DNA of 57,086 bases from a virus (Duplodnaviria > Caudoviricetes): positions 1-57,086 of the IMG/VR virus record IMGVR_UViG_3300030328_001660; one strand, 5' to 3'. How positions within the stretch are numbered: the stretch's first letter is position 1; each line of letters starts with the position of its first letter. This document shows, piece by piece, positions 10,275 to 21,500 of this stretch. Position numbers and translations under genes: made by a program. Below the pieces are notes generated by a model. The model made no database searches, was not told the DNA's origin, and worked only from the letters and a program-made list of their open reading frames with translations.

Positions 10275-11282
10275 ATGACTATGAATAAACTTAGGGAAAT
10301 AGCAGGGGGAACCAACCCTTCTAGCCAAAACAAAGACGACATTTATGGACAGGCCCAGATTAATAAATCAGAAGCATGGATTAAAGGTAATGAGTCTTTA
10401 GATAGCAAAACAAAATTAGAGTCTTGGAGTAAGGAATTTGGCGATTGGGGATTCACCCCGAATAATACAGAGTATTACTGGGAGACTAAGGAAAAACTAA
10501 GCCCCCTATCCCCAAACAAATTCAAAGAGTTTACAATATCTGATATACGAAACACTATTGATAAGCTTCCTACTATGGGAGACAAAGAAAATTACTTCAG
10601 AGATAACGCATCAACTTGGCCCTCTTATGTTCTAGACAAGTTAGACGGATACTTTACAAACATTAGAGGAGCCAATGCAGGACAAGAGTTAGAAAGAAAT
10701 AGATTGAGTCAAATTATGGATATGAAAAATATTATGTCTGACAAAAACTTAGCTTTGAACCCAAATGTTAGCGTTGAATCACATGCAGAAGAAATTATTA
10801 AAGCTTATGATATGGGCTACACCGGAGAAATTGATGTAGATAAAGACGGAAGAGTGTCGATCCCTCTTGACGGGAAGACAGTACCTGTGTATACTCTACC
10901 TAATCCTTCTCTTAGTATGGAAGAGGAGTTTATTTCTCGTAAGGATTTAAGTCCGGTTGTTAAATCTAGAATTAAACCTATGTTGAAGACTTCTAGACAA
11001 GAACAAAACCGAACAGAAACTAAAACAAAAAAGGCTTTGTTAAATAGAATTAAAACAGGAGAAATCCCAAGAGAATTTAGGGCTAATGTTATTATTGATG
11101 GAGTTATAGACGAGAAGGATCCTGCTGCGGAAGCTCGTAAATTTTTATTAGAGTCAATAGAACACAATGACAAGAAGGGTCTATACGCTACTTCTAAAGA
11201 AATGTTCTTAGATTACATGGAACAATACAAAGAACTAGGCAATACAGTTTTAAGGAGATTAAACGATGGTCGATATTCCTAA
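10275..11282 (+). CDS. Hypothetical protein, probably virion-associated
   Basis: 335-aa ORF with AAGGAG RBS, inside the structural operon. Confidence 0.6.
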   Translation: MTMNKLREIAGGTNPSSQNKDDIYGQAQINKSEAWIKGNESLDSKTKLESWSKEFGDWGFTPNNTEYYWETKEKLSPLSPNKFKEFTISDIRNTIDKLPTMGDKENYFRDNASTWPSYVLDKLDGYFTNIRGANAGQELERNRLSQIMDMKNIMSDKNLALNPNVSVESHAEEIIKAYDMGYTGEIDVDKDGRVSIPLDGKTVPVYTLPNPSLSMEEEFISRKDLSPVVKSRIKPMLKTSRQEQNRTETKTKKALLNRIKTGEIPREFRANVIIDGVIDEKDPAAEARKFLLESIEHNDKKGLYATSKEMFLDYMEQYKELGNTVLRRLNDGRYS

Positions 11283-11658
11283 TTACTTAAGGGAAAACAA
11301 TCAGATTCAAGGTCCAATTGAAGAGCCAGTACAAACCAGTACGGCAACCGTTGTAGAATCTCAAATGGTTTTTGGAGAATGGAATGCTAATAACCCAGCA
11401 ATGGATTACATGTATAGGGCTATCTCTGATACGTTAAAACAGGGAGCTGGGCTTGTTCAAGACATTATGCAAATTAATCATAAGAAGGCAATGCTAAAAA
11501 GAGAACTAGACTTAGCAGAAGCAAAGAAAGCGTACAAAACAACAATGGGAACGATGGGGGTTATGAATGAGATGTATAATGATCCGGGATATCTTGCTAC
11601 CTTTCGTGATATGATGTTCCAACTCGGGGGTTGGCATAGCGCGGGAGGCAACCGATAA
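11266..11658 (+). CDS. Hypothetical protein
   Basis: 130-aa ORF with AAGGAG RBS, coupled (TAATG) to the next gene. Confidence 0.6.
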   Translation: MVDIPNYLRENNQIQGPIEEPVQTSTATVVESQMVFGEWNANNPAMDYMYRAISDTLKQGAGLVQDIMQINHKKAMLKRELDLAEAKKAYKTTMGTMGVMNEMYNDPGYLATFRDMMFQLGGWHSAGGNR

Positions 11659-14600
11659 TGTCTAGTAATACACCTCGTTATGAAAACATCGACTCTTTTG
11701 ATGAGGGGTTTGATCCCCGAAGAAACTACGTAAGAAACAAATTATATGGGATGTATCGAGCAGAGAAAGATTCAGAAATTTATTACCCGCAACTTAACAA
11801 GATGGATGATGAAGAGCTTCTTTACCGATTTAATAACTTTGGAAGAAGTAAAGAAGAACAAAAAGAATCAGAAGAACTTTACTATCTTATGAGAGATGTA
11901 GCCTATCCCGCTGACAGCGGTGGCTTCGGTGGTGGTGGTGGTGAAAGCTACGGCATCAACACCGGAATGGATTTCCCAGCAGTGTATCCGGGAGAAAATC
12001 CTTTATTTAAAACTAGGGATGTTACTAGAACTCAACCCAAGATAGGGATTACTCCAGCCCAACAATATTTAGCTGTTGAGCCGAATCTTCCTTGGTGGCT
12101 AAGAAGTTACGGACTTTCGCCAGAAGGTATTGTTTCGCAACAAGCAGTTGCAGAAATAGATCTAATGGAAGAAGAGGAAGAGGATACCATCAAACAAAGA
12201 TACGCCGTTTATAGGGTTTGGCAAAACAAAGCAATGGCTCGAAAAACAATAGGATATGGTTTCGGCGGGATGTTACCTTACAACCCACAAGACTTTAAAC
12301 CACTACTAGCACAAATGGCTATCGCTTCTCAAACAGACGAACTAGACCCAAGTCAGGACATAATTTTAGCTGAGGTGGAAGAACATTCTGATCTGTATGA
12401 TAGGATGAGCGAGGAAATTAATAACCTTATTGTCGAAAACCCAGACACAGAACCTATTGCTATTGTCGGTTCGGTTTTAAAGAAATTTGCTAATGAAGAC
12501 AGAGATCGTTACGTTACCGGGGCTGAGCTAATGGATATGACAGAGGAAGAGATTGCAGCAGTAGGATCCCAACGGCCTTTAGTTTTTCCAAAGGTAGCTC
12601 CGTGGGTTACACAGGATAAAAGAAGTTATCTGTTTACTGCAATGACAGAATTTTCTAAAAAATTAGAAGCAAAGGCAGAACAGTTAAGTGCTGCCGCAGC
12701 AGAAAATACCAGAGAGGACCCTAACACTAATTCATTAGTAGAGGAAGTAAAGGCTGAAGCTTTAATGTGCGTAACCGAAACTTGCAAGGAACTAGAAGGG
12801 AAAGCAGCTGACTTTATTGACGACCTAAGAGAATCGGGATCCTATTCGGAAGAAGAGCTAAGAGTTATCGCGTCTGGTATGGTTGGTGCAGAAGTCACAC
12901 CAACGGAAAAGGGAAAAGAAAAAGACATGATTCCTATACTTGAGAGCTACGCAAGGGATAATTCTGCAATAACTGAAGATGATAATATTCTTACTATGGC
13001 TTTAAAGATGAAGAATATGGGAGATATCTTTAACTACCTTATTAAGCAATCCAAAGAAGGGATTGATATTCAGGCTGATTATGCCGAGACATTGAGAATC
13101 TTAAAAGAGAACGGAGTTCTGTTGCCCTTTGATCCTCAAGTAAGTCCCACCGAAATCTTAGAAAGAAGCCAAAGGCTATTCCACAACAATGTTATTATTC
13201 CTTTTACGGAGAGAAGAAATGCTTTTAGTACACCTGAAGGTAGATATCAGTTAGCTGCTGTCAATGTATTTAGGAGGTTTGTAGATCCTTCTATCAGTGA
13301 TTACTCTGATGTTTTAAGATACGTACAGAGTGCCGTATACGATACAGATCCAAACATGACCTTAAACAGAAAGATGGCAATTATAGAATTATATTCAAAC
13401 GGTAGATCAGCATTCAAAGCTTCTCTTAACGCAAGTAATGGAAGCTCTGCATTAAACAGTGCTCTTAGCGCAATAAACGCACCTCCGGGAGTTAACGCTA
13501 GGAAGCCGAGCCAGACACCTTTTGCTTTTACAGATTTTCCACCGTCTACCGCAAGACAGGACCCTCAAACATGGAACGAATCGGTACAAAATACTTACCA
13601 AAGATGGGTAGAAACTATTTCGGCAAGATCTTACGGACATATTAAGGATCCAAAAGAAAGAGCTAATATGGTTTCGGGACTTAAGAGTGTGATGCGAATT
13701 GAACAAAACGAACAAGGATTAGGAAGAATAGTTGTTGATTGGGAGTCTTCCGATCCCAGCACTCTAATACCTATTGCACAAACTTTACTTGATGAAATGG
13801 ACCAGTACAATGTTTCAGAAGTCCCCTCTATCTTAAGAGGACTAGGTATGCAAGTAACAGAAGGCTTGCAGTTAATGGGCGGTGAGATTGGAGAAAACGA
13901 GACAGAAAAAATGAAGAAGGTTTATAGGTCTTTATCTATACTAGGAATGATTTATAATCCTAAAAATGCTACTAAGGCGAAGGGTGTTAAAAGCATGATG
14001 GGCTGGAATCAGGGCGATTACTCTGCTTATCAAACAGCTATTACAGCCCTAAGAGCTGACAGCTCTGTTTTTTCTAATCTAGGAAACTTTTATGAGGCAG
14101 CTAGCGATAAAGAAAGAGCAGGGTTTTTGTCTGAGTTTGCAAGAGATTTTAATACGAGAAGTAGGGTTATTTTTGAAGCTTTAGCAAATAGAGCATCAGG
14201 GTCTGCTATTGGTTTGTCAGACACTAGGAGAGGACTGCTTACTAATACTATACAAACAAACAACTTTTTGTCTTCTGTATTTCCTTTAATGTCTTTTGGC
14301 AAATCTAGACATGGGCAAAGAACCTTACAGGATATGGGCGAAAAAAGTAGTGGCACTTCTTATGATGCCTTTAATGCGGAAGTTGAAGTAGGAGATGTAA
14401 AAGTAAGTGGATGGGATAAGATTCGAGCTACCCTACAAGAAGTAATGCCGGGAACACAGTTTAAAACTTTTGAATCATCTGATTTTACTAACCTTGCTAA
14501 TGAGCTTGGTGGTATCTTAGGATTAAATAAGGCAGACATGAAAACTCTAAGAGAAAGAGTAATAGAAGACGGTGAAGATTGGATTCCTTGGAACGACTCT

Positions 14601-15596
14601 GTAGAAAAAGGTAAACAAGAAGAAGTAATTAGTTATCTTCTTATACGAGAACTTTTAAATAATAACCAAATCGCAAACCAAATGCACACCTATGTACAAA
14701 ACAGGCATATCTATAGTAGTGAAGTTCCTGTAAACGCCGAAGAGTTTATGTCAGTAATTGGTTACTTTTATAAAAATAGTGGCGTAAACTTAAGCGGAGC
14801 TATTTCCTTAACCGATACTGCTGGAGTCTTTTCTTACAGTAGTCCTACTTTAGATAAAGACTTTGTTCATATGTTAGGAGAACAAGATGTTCTTGACGGG
14901 AATTTAGACGGAACTTATGAAACAGCTATGTCAGAAGCTTTAGCTCTTATTCCGTTTAAGAAAAGCCCACAAATGACAACACATCTAAAATCAACATATA
15001 TGGTAGCAGAGGGGACAGAAGCAAACGAACTTAAAGTAGAAATCGCCAAAGGTTTAGGACTAACAATTGACCAATATAATTCGCTTGTTGAAGAAACTAT
15101 AGACGCTTTAGATGAAGTATATGTCCCAAAACGTACCGCAAGCAGTCCGACCGCAGGTTCATTATCAAGAAGTTTTTTACAAAGTAAGCTAGATGGCGGG
15201 GCAACAAGAATTCAAACAGAAGGCGCATCTTTAGTAAGTACTCATTTAAAAATTATAGAGCTTATCCTTAGACAAGCTGAGGATATGGATGGTGATGACA
15301 AGGTATTAAACTTTAGTGGGCTAACATTAGATATGTTAAAAAGAAAAGAAGAGTTTAGGACTATTGGGGGTCTGTTGACATCTACATCTCTTAGTTATCC
15401 AGACTTAACACCAAGACTTTTATCCCCAACTCCTCAAACAATGTCTATAAGAACAGATGCTGGTCGAAAGCATCTTCTTGTGTTTGATATTGCGGGGTTA
15501 AAATCATCAGACGAAGCATCAATAGAAGTGGGAGGTGTTGCGCCAAGGCGTGTATCTCTACCCTTCATTACCTTTAGGGGAGCCAACCATAAATGA
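11658..15596 (+). CDS. Large putative internal virion protein
   Basis: 1312-aa ORF with GGAGG RBS, between the gp14-like gene and the giant protein. No catalytic motif recognised. Confidence 0.6.
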   Translation: MSSNTPRYENIDSFDEGFDPRRNYVRNKLYGMYRAEKDSEIYYPQLNKMDDEELLYRFNNFGRSKEEQKESEELYYLMRDVAYPADSGGFGGGGGESYGINTGMDFPAVYPGENPLFKTRDVTRTQPKIGITPAQQYLAVEPNLPWWLRSYGLSPEGIVSQQAVAEIDLMEEEEEDTIKQRYAVYRVWQNKAMARKTIGYGFGGMLPYNPQDFKPLLAQMAIASQTDELDPSQDIILAEVEEHSDLYDRMSEEINNLIVENPDTEPIAIVGSVLKKFANEDRDRYVTGAELMDMTEEEIAAVGSQRPLVFPKVAPWVTQDKRSYLFTAMTEFSKKLEAKAEQLSAAAAENTREDPNTNSLVEEVKAEALMCVTETCKELEGKAADFIDDLRESGSYSEEELRVIASGMVGAEVTPTEKGKEKDMIPILESYARDNSAITEDDNILTMALKMKNMGDIFNYLIKQSKEGIDIQADYAETLRILKENGVLLPFDPQVSPTEILERSQRLFHNNVIIPFTERRNAFSTPEGRYQLAAVNVFRRFVDPSISDYSDVLRYVQSAVYDTDPNMTLNRKMAIIELYSNGRSAFKASLNASNGSSALNSALSAINAPPGVNARKPSQTPFAFTDFPPSTARQDPQTWNESVQNTYQRWVETISARSYGHIKDPKERANMVSGLKSVMRIEQNEQGLGRIVVDWESSDPSTLIPIAQTLLDEMDQYNVSEVPSILRGLGMQVTEGLQLMGGEIGENETEKMKKVYRSLSILGMIYNPKNATKAKGVKSMMGWNQGDYSAYQTAITALRADSSVFSNLGNFYEAASDKERAGFLSEFARDFNTRSRVIFEALANRASGSAIGLSDTRRGLLTNTIQTNNFLSSVFPLMSFGKSRHGQRTLQDMGEKSSGTSYDAFNAEVEVGDVKVSGWDKIRATLQEVMPGTQFKTFESSDFTNLANELGGILGLNKADMKTLRERVIEDGEDWIPWNDSVEKGKQEEVISYLLIRELLNNNQIANQMHTYVQNRHIYSSEVPVNAEEFMSVIGYFYKNSGVNLSGAISLTDTAGVFSYSSPTLDKDFVHMLGEQDVLDGNLDGTYETAMSEALALIPFKKSPQMTTHLKSTYMVAEGTEANELKVEIAKGLGLTIDQYNSLVEETIDALDEVYVPKRTASSPTAGSLSRSFLQSKLDGGATRIQTEGASLVSTHLKIIELILRQAEDMDGDDKVLNFSGLTLDMLKRKEEFRTIGGLLTSTSLSYPDLTPRLLSPTPQTMSIRTDAGRKHLLVFDIAGLKSSDEASIEVGGVAPRRVSLPFITFRGANHK

Positions 15597-18500
15597 CCAG
15601 TCAAAACTTAAACGCATGGGCTACCAGTGATTTACCTTTTTACTTTCGTGACAATGAAGAACAGAATCAAGGCATTAGAGAATGGAGTGAGTTTACAGAA
15701 GGATTTAAAAAACTATCAGAACCTTCGATTGTCGGTGGAAGAACTCCTGACATTAGTGATTCTTGGTCTATTGATTTAGAAACTGGTGAGTTAGTTCGTG
15801 GTGTTTATGATATTACGACAGCTATGACACACGGGTCTTACTCTTCATACTATGGCGGTATGTTCGAGGATAACCAAGCTCGAAGCAAGTACTCAGCAAG
15901 AATGCAATTGGGTGCTTACAAGCATGACCTCTATAAAGGTACGGCTCTTGAGTTTAGTGAGAAGGACAAGAAACTTTTAAATCACTATGCAAGTAAAAGT
16001 GCTTGGAACTTGTCTAGATTAGGCGACCCTTTTCGTGATGAACAAGAAGAAGCAGGCGTAGACCTTTGGGATGTACCCGTATTTACAAACTTTAATGAAA
16101 CTCCCGATAACATTATGGGAAGAGACGCTCCAGAAGGATGGGATCCTCAGCAAGCGTTAGAGGTTTTAAAATTAAAAGACCCTCAAATGTATTCGGTGTA
16201 CCTAAATACTCTAGGCGGCAGAGAAAACGTAGACGACTTACTCTCCGAAACCAAAAACCCCTACGACTTTTTCTATACACTAACAAACGAAATGCAGCAA
16301 ATCGCTTATATGCGAACTCAAATGGAGTGGTGGAAAACTGCTTCAGCGAGTGAAGTCGTAACTGAATACGTATATAACTTTGTTGTCGAAGGCATTGCTA
16401 ACGATCCAGACTTTGCTGCTTCTATGGGAATTAGTTTAGGAATTAGTGCAGGTACGGCTGGAGTTGGGGCAATACCCTCTTTTATTGTTGCAGCAGCAGC
16501 CAAAGTACTAAAAACTGGAATTAATTTTGCAAAGTTCTTAAAGTGGACGGCAAGATTACAGAATAGAATGAATCAACTCCAAAGATATCTGCCAGAAAAC
16601 TTGGGTCCGACTTTGGTAAATAAAATTCCACAAGTAAAAAGCTTTGCGCAACACGGTAAGTTTGCCCAATTCTCAGTAAATAGACTAGGAGATGTAGGTG
16701 AAGGTTTAATTACTGGTGGCTTAGCTGAAATTGGAAACCAATACAGACAATTAGATGCCGGTACTTTAGATTCATTTAGTGTTACTAGAGTTATTAACGA
16801 GTCTTTAATTGAAGCGGCCTTTTCTCCTGCGGTAAACCCTGCAATCGGCGGACTATACAAGGGTATAGGGGCATTAGGTTCTTTAGGATCCAATCAAATT
16901 GCCGTGCCTTTAGCTAATGCTCTACTAGGTGAAAACTCTGTAAAGGGGATCTCTAATTTTGTAGGGAAAATAGGAAGGACTGCAAACCCGCAAGCATTAG
17001 CAGAGCGTCTTGAGCTGATTGAAATTAATACTGAGATTAGAGCAGAGCTTGAAGCATTGACTTTAGAAGGAACTGATATTGAAACGGGAGTCGAAGAAGA
17101 TACAGACCCCACTAGTCCTACCGGAGTCATTAGTGCTGTTATTGCCTCGTTGTTTGACGAAACAGGAATGAGTAAGGCAGAATTCCTAACGTCAGTAAAA
17201 GAAATCCTTACTGATTTTAGGGAACAAGCAGACAACCCAACAGATGCTCGAAGACCTAAGGAAGGCAAAGAACAAGAGGTTGTACTAGCCGAACTCGCAC
17301 AAGAGCTTGTAAACAGAAACCAAGAAGTAATCCTAGAAAGAAACGACGGGAATAAGCAAGTCTTTGCCAATATCCTAGGATGGACCAAGCAGCACATTAC
17401 TCTTGCTAAGCAAGCTGCTAAAAAAGGAATGAGCTATAAAGACTATGTAAATCAAATTATTGAAAGGGGAGAGGAATTTAACTTAGTTCCTAATGATATT
17501 AGAAAGGCTGTTGTAGAAAAATTAGGTGAGAAATTTAAAGACGCAACTACAGAAGAAAGGCTGGAGGTTGCTAAAGAAATTCTACAAGAAAGAATTCAAG
17601 AACAGAAGAAAGCAATTACCGAGTTTAATCAAAGAACCGATGAAGGAGAAGCTGAAGCCGATGCAAGAGATGAGGATATAGACGGAATCGATCCCGATCC
17701 AGCAGACCCTGCTCCAGCAGATCCAGAGCCTAAGCCCGTAGACCCAGAGAAACGAAAGGGAGATGATGACCCTAAGGATCCCGGACTTGAAGGAGGAGAA
17801 GGTGGTCCTCCAGCAAGAAAGAGATCAGAAGATCCCTTAGTTAGGCGAGAGGAACTAAAACGAAAATTAGAAAAACAGAAGAGAGAACTAGAGGCTTTAA
17901 AAAAGAAACTAGAAGATAGACTAAAGAGCGATCCAGATCCTAAAATTAAGGAGAAAGTAGAAAAGGTTCGGAGTTTAGTTCTATCTGTAGAGAAGCAACT
18001 TGAGACAGTAACAGTAGATTTAAATCAAATGCTAGCCGACCACGCTATTGATAACGCTGAACTTAAGCCTTTAGTAAATACCCTGATAGATCTTCGAGAT
18101 AGGTTACACAAGATTTCAGAAGATTTGAAAGTTGACCAAGAAGATGACAAGGGAGTAATCTGGTCTTATTTTAGGGCTAAGAGATTTGAAGCGTTGCTTA
18201 CAAAATTAAACAGGCTCTATATCGAGGAAGGAGAGGGTGGAAATGTTAAGTCAGCTGATATAAGTCCTGAACTAAGACAAACGCTTGAAGATATTAAAAA
18301 AGAATTAAAGGATGATAATTCAAAAACAGCAGATAGAATGAAGCAATACATAAACGGAGTATTAGCGGGTACAGAAAAACAAATGACTCCTAAGACGATC
18401 TCACAATACCTTGTTAGGGGTGGTCAGGTAATTAAAAGTCACATGGAGCGGCTAGAAAAAACTGACCTATACAAAGAGAACAGTGCTCTAGTTAAAGAGT

Positions 18501-21500
18501 TTAACAAAACCCTAAGGGACTATAAGAGAGTTATCGCTAATATCCAAAGGGGAGAAACCCTAAACGATATTCAGAAATTCTTCGCTATTCAATTACAACA
18601 AACTGGTGCTAGAGCACAACGAAAAGAAACGGAAGTATTTGAAGCCAAAGAAAAGCTGTTTAATGATATGATTGGAGATAAGGAAGCAGAAGGAGAAACG
18701 GTTACGGTAAACGAACTTCTTCCTGTTCTTCACCAGTTCTCTGAGTGGCGACAAAATAAAGAAGCAGTTGTAGAAGAAAACCCTGAAAAAGGTGAAAAAG
18801 AATACACAATAGAAGAAGCAAAAGAAATCTTTGGTAAGGAAGCCGCAGCCGTAAAACAAAAGATTAAAACTCTATCCATCGGAAAACTACAGAACCTTAG
18901 AGCGGGCGGGCGGTACTCTTACATTCGTGGAGATTACGAACACAACTACAATGATTCTGATGTATTGGGAACATCTTACGACCCCGAGTATGTACTAGAG
19001 AGATCAAACGAAGACGGTAAAGAACTTGATCCTGAAACTGTAGACGATACAGCAGAGATGATAGTTGAGCCAGAAGGTCTTGACGATATGAAACAAGCTG
19101 ACCTTAACAAGTTTATTGACGATGTAATGGGAGGCGAAGGAGGAAAGGGCGGAAAAAACAAGGATAAGGTTGCCCGCATTAGAGCGTGGATTGCTAATAA
19201 AAACGCCGAAGTTAAACCAAAAAGAACAGGACCAGCTTACCTTCCTTCACCAACTGTAGTTTACGAGACTCTAGATGCGGCGGATGGTTCAAGTTTATTT
19301 GAGGATTCTTTCGATGTACGAAATGCAGAAGCTCGGGAAGTTGGATTTGAAGACTATTTTCACGCTGTAAATTCCTATAATCTATATGTTATTGGGATTC
19401 ACAAAAATAAAGAAAACTTTGCAAAGGCTGCAAAAGGAATAGGAAGAAAGGAAATAAAGGAAGCGTGGGATGCACGAAGCAAACTATCGGAAAAACAAAG
19501 AGACGCAGCAAAGGCACAAAAAATAAACTTAGTAAAGCAAATGAAGAAGGAACTAAGAACTGAAGATATTGTCTTTACTAGGTCTTTGGATAAGGACGTA
19601 GAAGCTTGGATACAATTTGAAGCAGCCTTAGACATGTTAGCTACTAAGGCAGATCCTACCAAAGGAATTGCAGCTTGGAGAATTAACCAAGCAATGCCAG
19701 CTTACCTTAGAGATTACGTAGGGCTTAAACCCTATGTTGTGTTTGGTAGAGAGAATGTATTAGGGAAGTCACACTCCGCTCTAATGCCTTCTGATGTTGT
19801 AGATGTAGATATGGCATCTGCTACTGACCGACAAGTTGTCCAACATACCTTAAGGTATAGACCGGAAGAACTTTTAAATATCGCAAGAGCTTGGAAAGAA
19901 AGAGGAGTAGCTAAAATCGACGGATGGCAAAAGCAAGAACTTGCCAATGTTTTAGATACCCTAGAAGCTCAAGCAATGGATGAGTCCAACCCTAATTCAG
20001 CAGCAAACCTTTACTATACAATAGCCTTTATTGAGAGACTAGAGAGTGCGAGTGAACTTGTAAATAGAGAGCTTTTTAAAATGAGACAGGAAAAGAGAGA
20101 CGGCGGTTGGATTATGGAAGTAGACGGGGATACAGGGTTTCCTATTAAATTCACAAAGGATGAGAGCACTTGGATTGGCGATGCACGCGGACACATAAGA
20201 GATAGAATAAACTCTCTAATCGAAAGAAGGCAAACCAGATCCTTAAGGAACATCGCTGAAAAATTCGGCTTGACTCTAGAAGAACAACGAAATGAATTCC
20301 ATTTCCCAACCTATGTAATAACAGACGCAGAAGGTAATATATCTGATAATGTAGCTGACGTTATTATTGAGAGTATGAGAACTGAACTAGAAGGACTACA
20401 TGAAGGCCAACTATCTTTAACTAAGTTAGGTAACGGAGAATACGGATACGGCTCTTCTAAAAACGTAGGCTATGCTGTTGTAGATTTCTTAAGTGATAAG
20501 GAAATGCCTTCTATCCAAAGTCTTACGGCTATTACAGATAAGGATGGAAAGGTAATTCCAGCACAAGCAGACGAAGATACTGAAATTAAGGGACAGCCTA
20601 CAAATGTTCGACTTCCTATAGAAGGGGAAGTAAACCACGCTATGCCTATTCCAGCAATGAAGCTGGCAGCTTTAGTATCTAACTATAAAGCAAGAGAACG
20701 AATGAGGTTTATTCTGGGTAAGGAAAAATTTACTCCAAAGGAAAGAGAAGCCTATAAGGCGTGGGTAGAAGCTAAGTGGTCAGACATTAAATCTGAACTC
20801 AAGGATCCAGATCCTACAGGAGAGCAAGTTCCTTTTGCTGTTATTCCTCAGATTGTAGGTAACAGGTTGCACGAACAAGTAATGAAGAGATCTGAAGTGA
20901 AGGCATTTATTATGGAACTTCTTTTAGATGTGCCTCGAAATGCAGAAGGATTTATTCACGATCAGGTTACTAGAAGGCGTGGAAGTCGTTTGATGTTTAA
21001 TGAAGGAATGGAAGAAGGTATAGTCCAAGTAGTCGATAGAGATGGTAATATTGTTGATAGGGACATTAAAAACCTAGACAAAGATCAAGGCTTAATGGTT
21101 GACCTTAGTCACGGAGATCACATTCTAGTACCTTTAGGAAGAATAGGAGAAATCCTTGCAATTGAGGCAATGGGTCCAATGTTTAAGGGACTAACAAGTG
21201 TCGCTGTTGAAGAGGTAATGAAACTTAGAGATAAGAGAGAAGCTGACGGTACGGGAACATCTATAAATGATTTCCTTTCTAATGATAACTGGAGTGACCG
21301 AGTTGCTAGTGGCGTGTTTGAGATGAAACTGATGTCATTAGCAAATGACCCTAACGCTACTATTGAGGTTGACGGAAAGAAGATGACCGCCGAAGAAATT
21401 ATGAATGGAATTTTAGATGGGACTTTCAAGAGAAAGGAAAAGACTGAGCTTGACTTTTATATGCGAGGTGCGATTACTGCCGGTAGAAACAATACAGACA

